From: Paraspadella gotoi
Lineage: Eukaryota; Animalia; Chaetognatha
Assembly: GCA_051294375.1 (NCBI GenBank)
Contig: CM119271.1
Span: 4,545,353 to 4,609,352, forward strand
DNA length: 64,000 nt
Reading direction: 5' to 3'
Shown: piece after piece, positions 1 through 11,675 of the stretch
How positions within the stretch are numbered: the first letter of the stretch is position 1
How the letters are laid out: each line of letters opens with the position of its first letter
Translations under genes and position numbers: made by a program
Notes under the pieces: generated by a model
Told to the model about the DNA's origin: nothing
Seen by the model: only the letters and a program-made list of their open reading frames with translations
Database searches by the model: none

Positions 1-299
1 CCGCAAATGAGTCTCCAGCGAGCACGGGGGGTGCCGAGAAAACGCCGAGAAAATGCCGGAAAGAAAGTAACCGTCGAAAAACAAGTTTGAGCGAACGATG
101 CCGAACTATTCCATCGAAACTTGATTTCCAGCTAAATCACACACTTTTTAGTTAATCGTCCGATCCACTCATGAGCAAATAACGTTAAAAGCTAAGGGGT
201 ACGAACGAACTGACGGACGGACGGATGAATGGACGGATGAATGGACGGATGTTTTGGTTTTTTTTGGTTTTTTTTTGTATAATTTTTTACACAATTCGA

Positions 300-410
300 T
301 GTTTTAAGATGATTTAAGAGACTGATCGATCAAACTATGGGGGCGACCGACGGACCGACAAAGTGATTCAAAGAGCCGGAATCTGGGATAATCAGATCCG
401 GCTAAAAAAA
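300..410 (-). mobile_element. HINE/DINE-1-like (Helentron-derived) non-autonomous element, 5' end
   Basis: Minus strand reads T-run, then hairpin AGCCGGATCTG-loop-CAGATTCCGGCT (plus 374-385 / 393-403), then GTCGGTCCGTCGGTC microsatellite and CCCCCATAGTT. This order matches known HINE/DINE-1 architecture. Confidence 0.5.
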
Positions 411-1419
411 TCGGCAGAGAGGAAAAAAGAAAATCCGGCACCATTAGGTCGATGAGGCTCTTAAGACTCAGAAAAGTCTGGNNNNNNNNNNNNNNNNNNN
501 NNNNNNNNNNNNNNNNNNNNNNNNNNNNNNNNNNNNNNNNNNNNNNNNNNNNNNNNNNNNNNNNNNNNNNNNNNNNNNNNNNNNNNNNNNNNNNNNNNNN
601 NNNNNNNNNNNNNNNNNNNNNNNNNNNNNNNNNNNNNNNNNNNNNNNNNGAAAGGAGGCAATGTCGGATGAACTAAAAAAAGTCACGAGATTTCAACGCA
701 GCGAATTTCCCGATCGGCTTAAAGTTGACGAGTCGCCAAAATAAAAAATTAGCTAATTAAAAATATTTTCGGGGGGAAAAAGGTGCGGAAGGACGACGAC
801 AAGAGACAGAGCGTGTGCCTTTGATTCCAATATTTTTTGAGTAAGATTACCTTAAATGGTCAGACTTATTACATAAAAACGTGATATTTTTAACTTTAAA
901 CGTGGAAATTATCCAATATCGTAGTAAAACAAAGAAACTCAATGAAACGCATAATCAACCACATATTTTGGCTCGATTTCCAAATAAGAGTTGTAAAGGA
1001 AGAAAACAGAATAAAAGTAACCATTAAGAACACGCCACTAGAATTAAATGATTTTCTTTTTCGCGATGAAATCGGTTTTTTGATAAAATCGGTCCCTATT
1101 TTTACGATCAAAGCGGAAACGAACAACCGCCCGTTCCACGCGCCACTTTTGTAAAAAAGCAAATGACAAAAAAAGCAAAATAAACTTCGAAAGAGCGAAT
1201 AATAATTTAAAAAGGGCGTTTAGCTAGCGAGAGCTGCGAAGGAGGCATAATAAAAAGATAGAAAAATAAAAAACCCGATCCGCGAATATCGAATTTCCGT
1301 TAAGGCCACGCCCCTTACACCCCTTTCCCTCTTTGGACCCCCCCCTGCTCTGGCCCATTTTTTTTTCGTGAATCGCTCAACGTTGTCAACAGATGGAGAC
1401 TCCGTCGATGTCGTTTGTT

Positions 1420-1903
1420 TCCTTCGTTGTCATCGTCATATTTCCTTGTCGTTGTTTCAGCCATTTTGTGTGTTCAGCTGAATTTATTTCGCCGTAGTCT
1501 TCGTCGTGTCGTTTTCATCGTCGTTATCGTCCTCAATTATCTCCTGTCGTTATTCAGCCATTTTGTGGTTTACCTGAATTGAATTCGCTGGACTCTTCGT
1601 CGTTGTCCCATTGTCTTCCTTGTCATTGTTTTCAGCCATTTTGGTGTTCAGCTGAATTGATTTTGCCGTAGTCTTCTTCTTCGTCGTTTTCGTCGTCGTT
1701 GTCGTCGTCGTTGTCGTCGTCCGTTGTCATCCTCATTGTCTTCCTTGTTCGTTGTTTCAGCCATTTTGTGTTCACCTGAATTGATTTCGCCGTACTCTTC
1801 GTAGTTGTAAAATTGTCGTCCGTCGTCGTGGTCCTCATTGTCCTTCCTCTTTGTTGTTTCAGCCATTTTGTTTGTTCAGCTGAATTGATTTCGCCGGTAC
1901 TCT

Positions 1904-1905
<2 letters not shown>
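1420..1905. repeat. Tandem repeat, about 5 degenerate units of roughly 80-120 bp
   Basis: Core TTTCAGCCATTTTGTGTTCAsCTGAATTGATTTCGCCGTAsTCTTCGTC recurs near 1456, 1553, 1631, 1756 and 1857, separated by variable GTC runs. Confidence 0.9.
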
Positions 1906-1934
<29 letters not shown>

Positions 1935-3557
1935 TGTCCCCGTCGTCGAAAAGGCGATGATAAATACAAAAAGACGAAAATAGCGTCTTCGATTTATCAT
2001 ATTCGCCCTTGTCGTTGTCGTTGTCGTCGTCGTCGTCGTCGTTGTTTTCGTCTTCTCCGTCGATCTTCTATGCCATTGTCAACTGCAGTAATGCACTTGA
2101 ATCGTTATCGTCGTTCTTAATGGTCGATGGACCCTTTTTTTTTCTCGTTCCTTTTCCTTCCTTCCNNNNNNNNNNNNNNNNNNNNNNNNNNNNNNNNNNN
2201 NNNNNNNNNNNNNNNNNNNNNNNNNNNNNNNNNNNNNNNNNNNNNNNNNNNNNNNNNNNNNNNNNNNNNNNNNNNNNNNNNNNNNNNNNNNNNNNNNNNN
2301 NNNNNNNNNNNNNNNNNNNNNNNNNNNNNNNNNNNNNNNNNNNNNNNNNNNNNNNNNNNNNNNNNNNNNNNNNNNNNNCTTTTTTTTTCGTTCCTTTTTT
2401 CCTTCCTTCCCTTTTTTCTCCCCCGCGCTTTCTTCCTTTTGAGTTTTGACCTTTTTATTTCTCGATCGTTTCCTTCTTTTCCTTTTTTCTTTTCTTTTTT
2501 CTCACTTTCTTTTAGTTTCTTCCTTCTCTCTTGTTACCTTCTTTATTCATTTTTTTATATTTCAGTTTCATCAAATTTTTACCAGACTAAATTCTATTTC
2601 TGATCGCGACATTTCAATGAAAACTTATTTATAGTCGAAAACCTTTATCTTTAATATATTTAACGAAATCCCAACGAGAAAGTTCGACAAAAAGGTTTCC
2701 CTCGAATTTTCTTTCTTTTTTTGATTAATCGATTCGTATCTAATCGTTCACACTCGAGTTTCGCACGTGATTAATTCACAACAAATCCCAACATCACGTT
2801 GTTTTTTATTTGTTGATTTGTTTTTTGGGTTTTTTTTTCGTGGGTTTTTTGTCGCAGTTGGTAATTAATTAACGAAGCAGATTCCACCAGTTTTTTGGGA
2901 ATGAATTGCAGTTGGTTAAGTTGTTTATACATACAAAGTTTTATGTTTGGATAATATTAATAATTTGGCGAGGCTCAAACGGTAAAGGTTATTTTGGTTG
3001 GTTACGCTCAAAGGTAAGTAAAAGGTTACGTGGGTGAGAAACTTGGATCCACTCACCACTGAGATTCACCGCTCACCCGTAGTTAAATAGAGGAAGATTA
3101 TTTTTTTTACATTATATGTCATAATTTAAAAACACCTGATTTACTTCTCACGACAGCGAGTTATCAGTCAGTTTTGAATACCGTTAGTTTTAATTAGTTT
3201 ACAATAGTTTTAAGTTTTAGTTTTAATAAATTTTTGACTTAATAATAATAAAACACACAAATTTTATTTCAGGAATCCATTTTTATAAAATAATTTTAAC
3301 TTCAAAATTATTACTAATCTTTTTCTAAGTCAGCCACCTATATTTTTAATTTGCTTTATATCAATTACCCCCTAATCACGAAAATCACCGATCGTCGAGG
3401 GGAAAAAAACTTTTGAACCTCCGAGCCATTTCAGTCGCTGAAATTCGACTTCCAAAAATTAAAGAATTAAATTATCGAAGTCCGAATTTAATTCGTATTT
3501 CAGAAATAATTAATTATAACCAATCAAACACCCAAAAAAAAAAAATAAATTCAAGAG

Positions 3558-3822
3558 ATGCGCGTGGAATCGAACCGGCCGCGTTTTTGGATCTCGATTG
3601 CCCTTTTGTTGCTGGCTCAACTCTCTCATCCCGCCATCTGCGCTCCGAGATGGAATTCGCCAAACAAAAGGGGAAGCTGGATCGAAGAGGAAATCGAGCG
3701 TCGGAGGAGGAAGAAGCATTTTTCCTTTGGATGGAATATCGAGGGAGAAGAATTTCTCGACGACAAACAACAACAACGACGACGACTTTTACCGACTGGG
3801 TCACCAAGATGAATCTTGCGAG
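3558..3822 (+). CDS. Exon 1 of secreted multi-exon protein: signal peptide plus basic/acidic pro-region (one frameshift needed)
   Basis: MRVESNRPRFWISIALLLLAQLSHPAICA has n/h/c signal-peptide regions, followed by RRRRKK. It continues as NNNDDDFYRLGHQDESCE after a 1-nt shift in the AAC run. Donor GAG|GTTAAT. Confidence 0.55.
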
Positions 3823-4086
3823 GTTAATGTTGAAGCTAATGAAACGTGATGTTTCAATTGTAGAAAAATCTTTTGTATTCTCTACGCCTGCGTGGTCGCG
3901 CGTTNNNNNNNNNNNNNNNNNNNNNNNNNNNNNNNNNNNNNNNNNNNNNNNNNNNNNNNNNNNNNNNNNNNNNNNNNNNNNNNNNNNNNNNNNNNNNNNN
4001 NNNNNNNNNNNNNNNNNNNNNNNNNNNNNNNNNNNNNNNNNNNNNNNNNNNNNNNNNNNNNNNNNNNNNNNNNNNNNNNNNNNNNN

Positions 4087-4238
4087 CGACTCCGCAACCT
4101 TACAGCGCCCTCATCACGATCGGCAAAAACCTTCTCAAGGGACTCAAGATAATCGGCACGATTTCCGGCGCGACCTGTCTCTCTCTCTCGGTCGCTTCTC
4201 TGGTCAACTGCGGGGGACTCACCCACGACGCTTGTCGG
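4087..4238 (+). CDS. Exon 2 (5' end in N gap): amphipathic/hydrophobic helix
   Basis: SALITIGKNLLKGLKIIGTISGATCLSLSVASLVNCGGLTHDACR ends in consensus donor CGG|GTAAGT. Confidence 0.7.
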
Positions 4239-4329
4239 GTAAGTTTCGGGTGGCTTTTCGGGGCTCTCTTTTCCAAAAGCGCCCAATTTCTGTTCCTTAT
4301 TACCTACTTTATTTTAATTTTAATTTTAA

Positions 4330-4592
4330 ATCCTAATATACATACACAAAATCCAAAATCCTAAGCCAAACCATATTTCCGAACCCTAATCCCTAATCCA
4401 AACCTAATTCTTAACTCGAACCCTAATTCCTAATCTTTATCCCTATCCCTTAACCCTAATCCCTGACCCTAATCATTAACTTAATCCTTAAACCTAATCG
4501 CTAATCTAATCCTATTCCTCAACCATAATATTTAACTTAATTTTTAATTGTAAATTTAAAATGAAACGAGGCGTTTTGGGGAAATTTACGGC
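4330..4592 (+). repeat. Degenerate (CCTAA/CCCTAA)-rich dispersed repeat in intron
   Basis: Degenerate CCTAAT/CCTAAC array followed by AAATTTAA..GAGGCGTTTTGGGGAAATTTACGGC. A related tail follows the arrays at 14260-14492 and 26460-26600. Confidence 0.65.
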
Positions 4593-4612
4593 TGGTTTTT
4601 TTCATCGTGTAG

Positions 4613-4843
4613 GTAAAACTTTTCTCAACCCTCTTTCACCCCCCCCCAACCCGGGCCAGCGCTACAAGGATATCAAATCGTCCATGGATCATCTGAAGGA
4701 GACGGCGTCTCTCGCGTTGGACGAAAACGCGGAACTTCGTCGTCTCAACGCGACCAACAGACAAATTCTGTCTCAGTTGGAGACGATCAAGATTAAGATG
4801 GAACTCATTGTGGAGAAGAACGCGGAGATGATGGAAGCCATGG
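4613..4843 (+). CDS. Exon 3: coiled-coil segment
   Basis: TAG acceptor; KTFLNPLSPPPNPGQRYKDIKSSMDHLKETASLALDENAELRRLNATNRQILSQLETIKIKMELIVEKNAEMMEAM; donor G|GTATTT. Phase matches exon 4 but is 1 nt off from exon 2. Confidence 0.7.
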
Positions 4844-5031
4844 GTATTTTGTTCGATGATGAACAATATAATATTTAAGTAAATACTTAATAGTTTTATG
4901 CTTGGGTATTTCAAAGTAAAGGCATTACGCGATCGTTTGCTTTTAACAAACTGCAAATCAATCGACCAGCTTCGATGGAGTTGCTTACGCTCTTTAGTTT
5001 TTCGTCACAAGTTTAGCTCACTCTCCACCAG

Positions 5032-5153
5032 GGGTGCTGCGCTTCAACGAGACTCCTACCGACATGAGGCCGGACGAAACAAAAGACGAATACGACGTCG
5101 AGTTGCAAAAGAAAAAGTTGGTCATCGAAACTGACATGGAACAATACGTCAAT
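5032..5153 (+). CDS. Exon 4
   Basis: CTCTCCACCAG acceptor; GVLRFNETPTDMRPDETKDEYDVELQKKKLVIETDMEQYVN; donor AAT|GTGAGT. Phases are compatible on both sides. Confidence 0.75.
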
Positions 5154-5518
5154 GTGAGTTTAGAGAGAAGGCGAAAAGGTATTTATTTGGAATAATCACG
5201 TCCGGTAATCGCGTTGTTGTTCTATGGACGAGGGAGTCCACCCTCAGGTCCCCGCTCCGCTATGAAATTGGTACAACCAATATAAAGACTATGCATTCAT
5301 TAAATTCTTTATCTTGTCGTTGACTTTAAATAAGCTATGCCGGCTATGGTCGTTTAAGGCCTCCAGCCCTCTTACAAAAGACTATTTTATCCAGTAATTT
5401 TTGGAGTGTGCCCTATAACTTCCACCATCAATTTTCAGTGAATCACTGTACACATTTCCCGCGCTTGTGAAACCCCTCACTTTTTTTTTCACACCTCCCC
5501 TTCAAACTTCCCGACAAG

Positions 5519-5696
5519 TCTCTCCAAGATCGCATATCCCGCATGGGCGGCGGCGAATCCGCCGCCTTCGCCGCCGTCGCCGGCGTCTCTCTCATGGTGC
5601 AACTCATGCCCGCCTTCCTGCGGGGGATCAGGCGTTTGCACTTGGCCAAAATCAATGTCAATGACCTCAACGTGGTCGTCAAGTCGCCCACATCGG
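5519..5696 (+). CDS. Exon 5: Gly/Ala-rich hydrophobic segment
   Basis: Pyrimidine tract plus AAG acceptor; SLQDRISRMGGGESAAFAAVAGVSLMVQLMPAFLRGIRRLHLAKINVNDLNVVVKSPTS; strong GC3 bias; phase-1 donor. Confidence 0.75.
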
Positions 5697-6067
5697 GTAT
5701 CGATTGAGAATGATTGATTGATTTGATAGAATAAGCAATTTTCAGAATGATTAATCGTCTTACTGATTTTTTGGTTGATCGTCCGTTTGATGGATGGGGA
5801 TGATAGATTGATTGAATCATTCGTTCAGTCATTCCTTCATTCATTCAGTCAATAATTCATTCATTCATTCATTCACTAATACTAGATGAGTATTGACTGA
5901 ATGATTGAATAATTGATTAATCGATTTGTATTTATTCATTTATGCATTTATTCATTCATTATTTATTTATAGACTGAATGATTGCTCATCAGCTTTATTT
6001 ATTAATTAATTAATTAATTAATCAATTTCCTTATTGATTGATTTACTTAATTGCCAACCATCTCAAG

Positions 6068-6282
6068 GAGTGAGCATGGCCGTCAACATGAAGACCGGCA
6101 AGAACTACTTCGTCGAAGTCTCCAAGGGCACGGTGACCAAAGTGTTGGGCAAGGTGGGCAAGGACGGCGGCATGGGAGGCATGTTCGACATCTTCGCCTC
6201 CAAATCGACGAAGACGAAGATAAACGAATTTCTCGCTGAGGAAAAGATGATTCACAGCCGGAGCAGAGTGGGCAAGGCCGGG
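6068..6282 (+). CDS. Exon 6
   Basis: Phase-1 acceptor CAAG|GA; GVSMAVNMKTGKNYFVEVSKGTVTKVLGKVGKDGGMGGMFDIFASKSTKTKINEFLAEEKMIHSRSRVGKAG; donor GGG|GTAAGT; high GC3. Confidence 0.8.
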
Positions 6283-6552
6283 GTAAGTGAAAGGGGGAGA
6301 CTGAGGTAAGTTTTTGGGAAGACTTACTAGTGACCAAGCAGGGTCGGAGAGTGGCTAAATAGGGTTTGGCTTAGAAAATTTGTCATGAAGGAACGTTTAA
6401 AACGAGATTCCTATTGTAAATAATGTTGTTTTAAATAACATACAGAATAACAAATGCTTAAATTTTATTAGTAATTTGTTTTAAATTTTAACCAAAAACC
6501 ATTTCGCGTCGGAAAGGTGAAAATGCACGAATGCCAATTTGGTAAAAATTAG

Positions 6553-6625
6553 CCGATTTGGACGAAAGACATGGACAAGATTGAGCTGGACGAGTTTCTG
6601 AGCGAAGTTTGAAGGACGAAAGAAG
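6553..6625 (+). CDS. Exon 7 (apparent 1-nt deletion in T run)
   Basis: Phase-0 acceptor; PIWTKDMDKIELDEFLSEV then TGA, which is removed by restoring one T; donor AG|GTATGG. Confidence 0.55.
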
Positions 6626-6842
6626 GTATGGCTAATCAATAGGAAAAAGAGTTGGAATTTTTTGGTATTTGATCTATAAGCCGATCGGGGGAGGATTGAA
6701 TAAGAATAAGAAGGATAAAAATACAGAATATAAGAATTATAAGAATATAAGAATAAAAAGAATATTACAATATAAGAATAAAGCACATTTTATCAATGAC
6801 TTGAATTTGAATTTGTTCAATCTTTTAACTTTTTGCATCAAG

Positions 6843-6887
6843 GGCGGCACAACTTCTCGACCAGTGACAACAACAAACCGAAAATTG
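6843..6887 (+). CDS. Small exon 8 (needs one indel)
   Basis: CATCAAG acceptor; AAQLLD/SDNNKPKI; G|GTTAAA donor gives the phase 1 required by the next exon. Confidence 0.35.
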
Positions 6888-7045
6888 GTTAAAACGGCGC
6901 CAAACAAAGGCAAGACTGCTGGATTGTTTTTTTTGTTTTTGAGGTGTTTTGTTTTAGTTTTTTGTTTTTTGTGTTTTGTTTTTAATGTGGGTTGGTGTCG
7001 TTGTTGTCTCGAATTGTTCCACCTAATTCCCTTCAACTCTCCCAG

Positions 7046-7176
7046 GTCGCTGGCATCCATGTCCAAATGACCTTGCAGAGATTCAAACCGTGTGGAAAGT
7101 TTTCAGCGAAAAGTCAGAGAATTCTCTTGAAGGCAGTGATCAGGTGTCGATCGGAAAAACCGAGAGATCTAGGCAG
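7046..7176 (+). CDS. Exon 9
   Basis: CTCTCCCAG acceptor; GRWHPCPNDLAEIQTVWKVFSEKSENSLEGSDQVSIGKTERSRQ; CAG|GT donor (alternative at 7143). Confidence 0.6.
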
Positions 7177-7343
7177 GTGGATAGGTGAAGTAGATCACGC
7201 TGCTGTCTGAGGAAGTTTCCGAAGCAGCGTTTTACAAATTGGCTTATTGAACTTATTTGTCAAATTATCCTATATAGTACTAACATTATTCGTCATTGAC
7301 TTCACATTTCGTGATTTTGAATTTCCGGTCGACGATTCGACAG

Positions 7344-9223
7344 GAATGCAAAAATCGGTTTAAAGCGATCTCGGTGCCTCCATGAGCGCCGCCTCCATCG
7401 CCAGTTGTGCGTTCACCAATACATCCACACCATCTCAAAGTTTTTCTTTTCTTATTCTGAAAAATTTAATTTGGAAAAATGTAATATTTTAAATGTAGAG
7501 AAACGCGCAACAACCCCGGTAAAGGGTTTTATGATTTTTTATTCTTAAAATGTAATAACTTGTAGTAAATCTTTTTAATCTGGTTACTCCGATTTCAGTC
7601 ATTCTACGATTCTACCAATACCAAACAAGTATTATCAGCCTATAAGTCAACGAACAATCAGGGTCGCATCATAAATCAATCAATTGATAATAGTCTAATT
7701 AATCATCATCAATCTGCACTTTGCCCTTCATTTTGTCATACAGGCGCCTGAGTGTAAGACGTCAAATTAGAGAACACTTCGGGCAACATCGAAGAAGCTC
7801 AGTTCCACTCTGTAGATCAGTCGAAGAGTGGAACATCTCTTTTCATTCGCCGGTCTGCAGAAGGAGCTCTTCAAAGAATTTGACTTTAGACCTCCATCGC
7901 GCGATGGTCAAGTTTTTCTCCAACGCGTCGTTCTTCGAAGACTCCGATTTGAAACAGGGGGCTTTTTTCTGGATAATCGTTTATCGGACAATTGTATGCG
8001 TCCTATTTTGAAAAGAGCATAGATAGCGTGCTAGTTAAGCGAGAATTAGAAAATTATTATATGGTCTTAGTTTCTAAGTTAACTGTCAATATTCAAATTT
8101 ATTTTCGTTATTTACATGTTTATCTTATTACGCTTCTTGAGACAGTTCCGTCGCGGTACCGTTCATTTCTTCATTAGATCTCAGGGGCTAAAAAACTTAA
8201 TTGAGTCTTAGACAGAGAAATAGTTGGAAGAGCTGTGAAATAACAGTTCATCGTATAACACTTGAGCGTGATTAAACGAATAAATAAAGTTACAATTAAT
8301 TAAAAACTTTTTCTTTTCTTCCAGCAATCTTACAAAGTTTCAAACCGGAGCCATCCACAGATAGGAGTCGCGATAAGAGACACCGAAAGTTCAGATTAGG
8401 TTAATGAAGCAGACAAGAAAATGGCGAGCGATCCTAATATCTCGGACCACAGCTAATTACTTCTCAAAAATTGTCGCAGGAATTTGTGATAAAGTTAAGC
8501 AACAATGGACGGAATGCATATTCCGGCAATCTTTATACACGTAGATCCGAAGCGATAGTGGAGTGATTATGACATATCAGATAAACAATAGCCTTACTCA
8601 AGCTTTGATCGGCGTTAATTCTATAACGGCGAGTCTGTAATGAATTTCATAACACCCAGTCATTATTAATTTTCCTTTTTCTTCAGAAACTGCTCACTGA
8701 GGGCTCAGTGGCTATGTTACCGAAGCATCTGCGGGTACGGCACGAGAATTTACAATCAAAGTCGAAGTTTCAAAACTTTGAGTCAAGTCTGCAATAAAGA
8801 AACGCTTATTCCTTGTGTTTAAGACATTTGCAGAAACCTCAGGGACGCTAATTTAAGAAGTAAACATGAAATCACCAGTAAAAAATAGGCATCACTAAAC
8901 TACGTTTTAAATGAATATTCGACTAGGGGTTAAAGTTACATTTCATTTACTTTATCGTTCATAATTTTTTCATTATCGTATTTTTCGTGACGACTTCTTA
9001 TTTCTTTTCTTTTTCTCTTCTCTTCTCTTCCTCTTCTCTTCTCTCTTCATCTTCTCATTCTACTTCGTCTTCTCTTCTCTTCTCTCTTCTTCTCTTCTCT
9101 TCTTTTTCTCTTCTCGGCATCGTCGAAGGCACCTTCGAGATTCTCTACGAAAATTGCGGAAAAAACTTCGAAAAGACTGAATGAGTACAAACAAACTACC
9201 CGCTGACAGCTGCATTAGAAAAG
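7344..9223 (+). CDS. Cluster of further probable exons (about 7344-7439, 7599-7662, 7744-7993, 8324-8540, 8687-8780, 9110-9223); frames disrupted by indels
   Basis: Each is a GC-richer, higher-complexity island; most follow a pyrimidine tract plus AG and most end at GT. Reading frames cannot be fixed unambiguously. Confidence 0.4.
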
Positions 9224-9298
9224 GTACAGTTTTTTATTTTTCAAATTGAACTGAAATTAAACTACGACGACCCCTTAAAAGTAGTTTTCTTCTTTCAG

Positions 9299-9456
9299 GT
9301 ATTTATCAAGGACCAGTTAAGCTTTGGGACCGGTACATGGAGTCCTCTGGAACTGTGGTCATTGGCGATCGAGTCAGAAATGCCATCAGGACGGCCGTGG
9401 ACTTTTGGGGATCCTCGGTGGACAAAACGAATCGAAACATCGTCAAACTGCTTAAA
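9299..9456 (+). CDS. Penultimate visible exon
   Basis: TTCTTTCAG acceptor; GIYQGPVKLWDRYMESSGTVVIGDRVRNAIRTAVDFWGSSVDKTNRNIVKLLK; donor AAA|GTAAAG, phase 0. Confidence 0.75.
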
Positions 9457-9608
9457 GTAAAGGGAAAGAAAGAAAGAAAGAAAGAAAGACAAGAAAGAAA
9501 GAAAGAAAAAAAGAAAGAAAAAAAGACAAGAAAGAAAGACAAGAAAAAAAAGAAAGAAAGACGAATTGAAGAATGACAAATATAGTAAATTGACATTTTA
9601 TAATGAAT

Positions 9609-9639
<31 letters not shown>

Positions 9640-10062
9640 TNNNNNNNNNNNNNNNNNNNNNNNNNNNNNNNNNNNNNNNNNNNNNNNNNNNNNNNNNNNN
9701 NNNNNNNNNNNNNNNNNNNNNNNNNNNNNNNNNNNNNNNNNNNNNNNNNNNNNNNNNNNNNNNNNNNNNNNNNNNNNNNNNNNNNNNNNNNNNNNNNNNN
9801 NNNNNNNNNNNNNNNNNNNNNNNNNNNNNNNNNNNNNNNNNNNNNNNNNNNNNNNNNNNNNNNNNNNNNNNNNNNNNNNNNNNNNNNNNNNNNNNNNNNN
9901 NNNNNNNNNNNNNNNNNNNNNNNNNNNNNNNNNNNNNNNNNNNNNNNNNNNNNNNNNNNNNNNNNNNNNNNNNNNNNNNNNNNNNNNNNNNNNNNNNNNN
10001 NNNNNNNNNNNNNNNNNNNNNNNNNNNNNNNNNNNNNNNNNNNNNNNNNTTTTTTTTTTCAG

Positions 10063-10200
10063 ATGCAACAATTAAAATGCGACGGGCGTGATTGTAACCG
10101 GGACGATATTCTCTCCGTGATCGCTGATTTGTATCAGAACAAGAAAGAGTATGACGACTACGATCTCGAAAAATATCGAAAACAGACTGCGGGTTGTTGA
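10063..10200 (+). CDS. Terminal coding exon
   Basis: T-tract plus CAG acceptor, phase 0; MQQLKCDGRDCNRDDILSVIADLYQNKKEYDDYDLEKYRKQTAGC*; AT-rich 3' UTR follows. Confidence 0.75.
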   Translation: MQQLKCDGRDCNRDDILSVIADLYQNKKEYDDYDLEKYRKQTAGC

Positions 10201-10354
10201 GGATTTTAATATTTTAATAATTTTATATTGTAACTATTAAGTGTCAGCCGTTTTTCGCGGGTTCTTATCATTCGCGCTCTTGATATTAATTGAAATTATT
10301 TATGTGATCATTCTTAGTGAGATGAAAAATAGTTGACAATAATATATAAGATGA

Positions 10355-10360
10355 AATAAA
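10355..10360 (+). terminator. Candidate polyadenylation signal
   Basis: AATAAA 155 nt after the stop codon of the terminal exon. Confidence 0.45.
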
Positions 10361-10941
10361 TAGTTAATGGCATTGGTTTTTAACGACGATATATTTTTTT
10401 TAATATCGTTGTTGTAAATTATCAAAATGGTTATAATTTCTTCTCTAAATCAAACGCGACAAATTGAAAGAGAAATAATACAAAAGATTGAAAATTTAAA
10501 AAAACCTTCTCTTGACAACAATTTCTTCTTTCGACATTGAATATTGATTTTACGAGCGATGTAATTATTTTATAATTAATACATTACTTACATCCTATTA
10601 TCATTTTTAATATTGTCACCAGAGGAATAGGGCTTTTTCTTTCTTCCTTTCTATTCCCTTCCTCTCTCCTCTCTCTTTTTTTTCCCCCCATTCTCTTCCT
10701 TTATCTTTTCTTTCTTTTATGAAATAAATCTCCCCGTCTTGTTCTTTTCCTTCTTCCGCCGCCGATTTCCCTCAACCCCCCTCACTTCCACACCCCCGCC
10801 CCGCCCCTCCCTCCTTCAAGACCCCCCTCATGGGTTTTCCCCGTCGTTCCGTCGATCGCGAGATGACCTTGCGCGATATGCGCAACAGGCCACCTGAGAC
10901 GGAGAGATAGCGGCGCGGGGGCCTGACTGACGGCAGCGATG

Positions 10942-10943
<2 letters not shown>

Positions 10944-11020
<77 letters not shown>
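10944..11020. repeat. (GA)n microsatellite, representative of many (15040, 39740, 41760, 57410, 59390, 60140, 63510)
   Basis: Directly visible; these explain the ERER/SLSL ORFs. Confidence 0.97.
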
Positions 11021-11022
<2 letters not shown>

Positions 11023-11214
11023 GACAGAAGAGTTACGACGACGGGCCGTCGACAGAAGACGAAAATTTCCCTCGCGAAATTTATGGTTTTGCAGAGAGAG
11101 AGAGAGGGGGAGGGAGATGGGGTAGGTAAGGGGGAAAATAAAAGAGCCAGACAAGAGGGTAAGGGCAGCAACCGAGTGAGGTAAAGATATCCGATCGGGA
11201 AATGACAGTCGGTG

Positions 11215-11595
11215 ACAGAAGTCTGACGTTAAGGGAGTTAGAAGGTAAGCTCAGGAAGTGGGAACGGACCTGGAGGTGAGAAGGGAAGGGAGGTCGAGCT
11301 CAGGGGGTTAGAAGGTAGGCCACAGAGTAAAATGGTTTAACCAGATCGAGAAGGTCCAGGTTCTGAGGTTAGAAGGTGAGTCCACTGCTCAGGGTTTAGA
11401 ACATAGGATGATGGAGGAAAGTCCCTGGGGGTCAGAAGGTAGGCCCTGGTTGTAGGATGGGAACAGTGGTAGAGTTCTGTGAGAACTGTCCCCCTTATCG
11501 TCCGTTCGTTTCTGAGCGGCGTAATACTTGGCGGGTTGGGATCGGAGGTTATGAGGTGAGAAGGGAGAACCGAGCTGAATGGAGGTGTTAGAAAT
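11215..11595. repeat. Degenerate tandem repeat with GGTTAGAAGGT core
   Basis: Core recurs near 11236, 11306, 11367, 11394, 11430, 11547 and 11585. Confidence 0.55.
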
Positions 11596-11630
11596 CATCG
11601 ACGATCGTCATGAGACGACGGCGACGGCGA

Positions 11631-11675
<45 letters not shown>

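Noticed and set aside
1420-1905. CRISPR-like repeat-spacer appearance
   Set aside because: Repeats are long and degenerate, spacers are related GTC runs, there are no cas genes and the context is eukaryotic.
4330-4530. Telomere or chromosome-fusion site
   Set aside because: Highly degenerate, intronic and recurring with a shared tail elsewhere, so better explained as a dispersed repeat.
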